Shown here: piece after piece, positions 59,665 to 64,000 of the stretch
How positions within the stretch are numbered: the stretch's first letter is position 1
Layout of the letters: each line of letters starts with the position of its first letter
From: Macrostomum lignano
Taxonomy: Eukaryota
DNA: 64,000 nucleotides
Reading direction: 5' to 3'
Assembly (NCBI GenBank): GCA_002269645.1
Contig: NIVC01000926.1
Coordinates: forward strand, 340,290 to 404,289
Notes under the pieces: model-generated
Database searches by the model: none
What the model was told of the DNA's origin: nothing
What the model saw: only the letters and a program-made list of their open reading frames with translations
Program-made: the position numbers and the translations under genes

Positions 59665-62600
59665 CTACAAAAGCGAGCCCCCAGCAGAGGTCGATGGCCC
59701 GGCAACGGAGGAAGCCGCGGCTGCCGACGCCGAGTGTCGGACAATTCGTCGGGAACGTCGCTGCTGACGTCGGGACAGTCGCTCGCCGTCGCTGTCCTCG
59801 TCGTAGCCGATCGCGTTGTTGTCGGCCTCGAAGCTGCTGTCGGAGTCACCGGAGTCGTTGATAGCAGTTGATGACGCGGTCAGCACGCCGGCCGGGCCGG
59901 CCGTGAGGTCGCGGAAGGCGATGACAGCGCTCAGCAGGGGGTCGCCGACCCCGGCAGCCACAGGGCGGCAACGAATGCCAGGACTGTCAGCGGGCCGCCG
60001 ACTGAGAGGCGCCAAATCTCTGAGGCCGGCTGCGGGTTGGCGACCGTGCAGGAGCATCTGGGAGGCTGGCCCAACAACTGGGATCTGGGAGGCTGGCCCA
60101 GCAACTGAGGATCTGGGAGGCTGGCTTAGCAACTGAGGATCTGGGAGGCTGGCCCAGCAATTGAGGATCTGGGAGGCTGGCCCAGCAATTGAGCATCTGG
60201 GAGGCTGGCCCAGCAACTGAGGATCTGGGAGGCTGGCCCAGCAACTGAGGATCTGGGAGGCTGGCCCAGCAACTGGGATCTGGGAGGCTGGCCCAGCAAC
60301 TGAGGATCTGGGAGGCTGGCCAGCAACTGAGGATCTGGGAGGCTGGTCAAGCAACTGAGGATCTGGGAGGCTGGCCCAGCAACTGGGGATCTGGGAGGCT
60401 GGCCCAGCAACTATCTGGGAGGCTGGCCAGCAACTGAGGATCTGGGAGGCTGGTCAAGCAACTGAGGATCTGGGAGGCTGGCCCAGCAACTGGGGATCTG
60501 GGAGGCTGAGAGTGAACAGCTATGGAAGGCAGCCACAGGCCAAAATCAATAAAAAACAGGCATCTCACCCTGTGAAAGAAGGCAATGCCAGCCACACAGG
60601 CCAGCGGCACGGCAAGGGTGCAGGACATGCAAGCTGCCAGGCTGTTGGTCAGGTAGCAACCGCTGCAGTGTGAAAAAGTCGTAGCCACTTATAAATTTGA
60701 AATAATCGAGATTAAAAGACAATCTTTAAATAAGTCGGACAGAACTCACAGCACCAGCAGGAACTCGGACAGCGCCACGCCAGTCAAGCCGTGGAACACG
60801 AATCTGCCCCAGTTGGTGGCGTTGGGCAATTGGAACTGTTCCAGCCGGGAGTAGTGCAGGATGAAGAAGCCGGGCCACATGGTCATGCAGCTGACTGCAC
60901 CGATGAAGCCTGAGCCCAGGTGCGGGATGCATTTGACATTTTATCCCACCTGAGAATGACTCGATGACCCGATCGCAGAATAACCCTATGATCAAACCTG
61001 AGAATGACTCTATGATCCCACCTGAGAATGACCTATGATCCTACCTGAGAATGACGTCATCAACCCACCTAAGAATGACGTCATCAACACCCGAGAATGA
61101 CGTCCTCAACCAATCCGAGAATGACGTCATCAACCAACCCGAGAATGACGTCATCAACCAATCCGAGAATGACGTCATCAACCAACCGAGAATGACGTCA
61201 TCAACCCCCGAGAATGACGTCATCAACCAACCCGACAATGACGTCATCAAGAAATCCGAGAATGACGTCATCAACACGCCAGTGAATGAGATCAAGACTT
61301 ACCAAAAAACATCGCTAAGGAGGGCAGCGACCGCAGTCGTGGCGCCCGACGCCTGAGCCCTACGAGGCTTAAAGCGACGCACAGGGCGCCAAGCGCCGCT
61401 AGAACGGAGCCCACAGACCGCTGCCGGTGGAGGCGCAACAACAAAGAGATGCCGCCATGCGAGCAGCTGCGGCCAGGCGATCAGCAGGGCACCAGCGACG
61501 CAGGCCAGGACGCAGGCCGCTTTGCTGAGCGTGGCGGCGTCCGGCTCAGCGCTGCCGGTTCTCCTGCCGCCTCGGCGACCACTAGTGTCCGGCGCCACTG
61601 ACGGAAAGAGTCCGGCCAGCAGCAGCGCCGCCACAGGCGCCACAGCGGCCGAGACAAAGGCGACAGCTGTTTGAGTTGACAGGGCTTGGCGCTGGGACTC
61701 CAGCAGGCACCAGGTGGATACGAACCAGAGCGGTGCGAACATTAGCGCCAGCTGTGGTGGTGGGGGGGCAATGAGGGGACTATAATTATTTTCGATACAT
61801 ATCGGTCACCATTTAAATTCGATGCTATCATAGAATCTTATACGATTAAAAACTACCAAGAATTGTTTTTCATCTCTTTCGATACATATCGGATAGGCAT
61901 TGAGTGCATTGTGATAATGAGCTCACATATCGGAAGATTTAAGATAGACAGCATGCCAATTATCAGTTTTTATTGCGTAACAGACTTTTTAACAATAGCT
62001 GACTCTCGGTCAAGTGTGCCCGGCACTGCACTCCTACCACTCCCTGCCGCGTGCTTGCGTCAACCCCCCCCCCATTCTGTCTCGGCTGGCTGCGCCCCAG
62101 TGCGCCCCTCGCTCGCCCTGCGATTGGCTGGCGGTCCAATGTGTACTTCCCTCCACCAATCGCGACCCCGGCGCGCTTTGTAACTTTTAAGACTCGTAAC
62201 TTTGGCTATCTGGGCCTGAGGTAGCGATACCCCAGGGCTTAACCAGCTAGCGTAAATATAAATTTATGCAGGAGCGATTGATATATACGCAGCTGCAAGC
62301 TCCGTTACAACCAAAACTGAACTTACTCAGAAGCCAATCTTTACTCAGAACTTTCGCCAGAAGTTGAGAGAAGCAACCCTGCCGCCGCCATGACTATTGC
62401 GAGAAAATAAGAGAGTGAGTCGCGTGTCTTTGTAATTTGCGGGACTGGCTGGGTTTAATTTGTGCCGTAGGGCGTCCGAAGTCAGTCCGGCCAGTTGGCT
62501 GACGCCATCTTCGGCTCGTCCACTGAGATAACTAGAGTTGCGGTCCGGCCTTTAGCACAACATGCACACTGTACGTATAATAATTAACAATGTTGTTTTC

Positions 62601-64000
62601 CATACATATCGGCAGTCACAGATACATCAAGAAATCGAGATTTAGGATTGCAAAAGGCTAAACTCGTGTTATAACCCGCTATTGAAAATTAGAGCAGATA
62701 CATAGTTATATTCTTTTCGATACATATCGGCAGTCTCCAAACGCCCACCTTGACAGTTTCCACCAGTGACAGAGTCCCAGCTGCGGCAGACGCTGGATCA
62801 GTCGGAGTCGCTTCAGCTGCCTCGCTCGCCGGCGTCACCTCAGCATCGGCATTGAACTCGACATTCTCGTCATCGAAATCGTGCTCAAAATCATCGTAAT
62901 CCAACTCGTCTTCGTCGAATTCGTCCAACTCGTCGGTGACTTCTAGCGACGATTCCAAGGCTCGCTGGTAGGCCTGATAGGACATCCTCGCCATCGAGGC
63001 GGCGTGGCTTCGCTTTCGCTTAGCTGGGCGAACCTCCGAGATTCGAGAGAATCGAACGCCCACGAGCTCGTCTGGCTCAGGCAGAGGTTGAGACTGCGGC
63101 AGCAGGGGGGAAGCTTCATCGGCGGCAGCGAATGCTCCCGGGGCCGATGGGGCAGGCGAAGCATATTCGGCGTTCAGACTGGAGTACAGCTCCGCCTCCG
63201 TGCTGCTCGAGTCGAATTGGACCGGCACAAAATGGGGGTCGCTCTGAGAGAGGAAAAGAGGGTTGGATTGCATACAGTACTAACAGTAAATTGACCTCAG
63301 ATGACCCCTGGGTTGACGTTAGAATTAACGATCTGACCTCAGATGACCCCTGGGTTGACGTTAGAATTAACGATCTGACCTCAGATGACCCCTGGGTTGA
63401 CGTTAGAATTAACGATCTGACCTCGAGTTAATATCTGATTGGCCTCAGATTGATATCTGGATTGACCTCAGATTGATGACCTCAGATTGATATCTGTGTT
63501 GACCTCAAAATGATTTCTGGATTGACCTCAGATTGATATCTGGATTGACCTCAGATTGATATCTGGATTGACCTCAGATTGATATCTGTGTTGACCTCAA
63601 AATGATTTCTGGATTGACCTCAGATTGATATCTGGATTGACCTCAGATTGATATCTGGATTGACCTCTGATTGATATCTGTGTTGACTTCAAATTGATTT
63701 CTGGATTGACCTCAGATTGATGACCTCAGATTGATATCTGGATTGACCTCAGTTGTTATCTGGATTGACCTCAGGTTGTTATCTTGATTGACCTCAGATT
63801 GATATCTGGATTGACCTCAGGTTGTTATCTTGATTGACCTCAGATTGATATCTGGATTGACCTCAGATTGATATCTGGATTGACCTCAGATTGATATCTG
63901 GATTGACCTCAGATTGATATCTGTATTGACCTCAGTTGATATGTGTTGACCTCAGACTGACCTTCCTATCAGCGGAGCACTGTCCCTTTACCCAACTTTT
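59665..64000 (-). CDS. SLC35F5: SLC35F5-like (EamA/DMT) transporter, 5' end beyond the window. Exons >64000-63962, 63243-62749, 61751-61303, 60909-60750, 60662-60569, 60029-59665; two apparent frameshifts (~61430-61480 and 59949-59952)
   Basis: SDPHFVPVQF, VRFSRISEVR, ARMSY, VK|LALMFAPLWF, ATLSKAACV, GSVLAALGAL..AMFF|GFIG..MWPGFFILHYSRLEQFQLP, GVALSEFL, GCYLTNSL..LAVPL, GDPL all follow the order I recall for vertebrate SLC35F5; GT-AG junctions. Confidence 0.85.
60057..60507. repeat. 28-bp minisatellite (copy 3)
   Basis: Same unit as 11.0 and 19.4 kb; in the last SLC35F5-like intron. Confidence 0.93.
60950..61280. repeat. Intronic ~24-bp minisatellite gagaatgacgtcatcaaccaaccc
   Basis: Tandem copies, most containing the palindrome TGACGTCA. 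Confidence 0.92.
63290..63958. repeat. Intronic repeats: ~43-bp unit x3 (63290-63425), then 23-bp gattgacctcagattgatatctg array
   Basis: Tandem copies sharing a gacctcagat core. Confidence 0.92.

Noticed and set aside
60941-61040. cattctcag|gtggga as the SLC35F5 acceptor, analogous to the UBA1 junction repeat
   Set aside because: It gives GTG GGA TAA in the GFIG frame and does not fit the phase-1 donor at 61302; the acceptor at 60910 (gctcag|GC TTC) restores MFF|GFIG.

Overview
Eukaryotic (metazoan) genomic DNA with GC-rich exons, canonical GT-AG introns and an unusually dense load of 21-48 bp minisatellites, mostly intronic. The architecture resembles what I know of the flatworm Macrostomum lignano, but that is inference only. 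Recognisable spliced genes, with phases checked by hand: a single-domain hexokinase (-, last exon off the left edge), Shank (-, 17.6-30.7 kb), the ubiquitin E1 UBA1 (+, 51.0-57.4 kb) and an SLC35F5-like transporter (-, 5' end off the right edge). Accessory content includes three C-type-lectin-like genes (two with a PAN/apple-like tail, one with an in-frame TGA), a 1.5 kb low-complexity coding exon upstream of Shank and a fibrinogen-domain fragment. Mobile DNA includes a full-length DD34D mariner, two tRNA-derived SINEs, several MITEs and a nested hAT/hAT/MULE-like cluster with perfect TSDs. The most interesting unexplained locus is 36.6-40.2 kb: a predicted N-myristoylated, multi-TM protein with tandem, apparently catalytically dead LRAT/H-box-NC (NlpC/P60-like) units and in-frame repeat expansions. 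Single-base frameshifts, mostly in short homopolymer runs, occur in UBA1, SLC35F5 and the mariner, so some disruptions may be assembly errors. No rRNA, intact tRNA or CRISPR array was seen.
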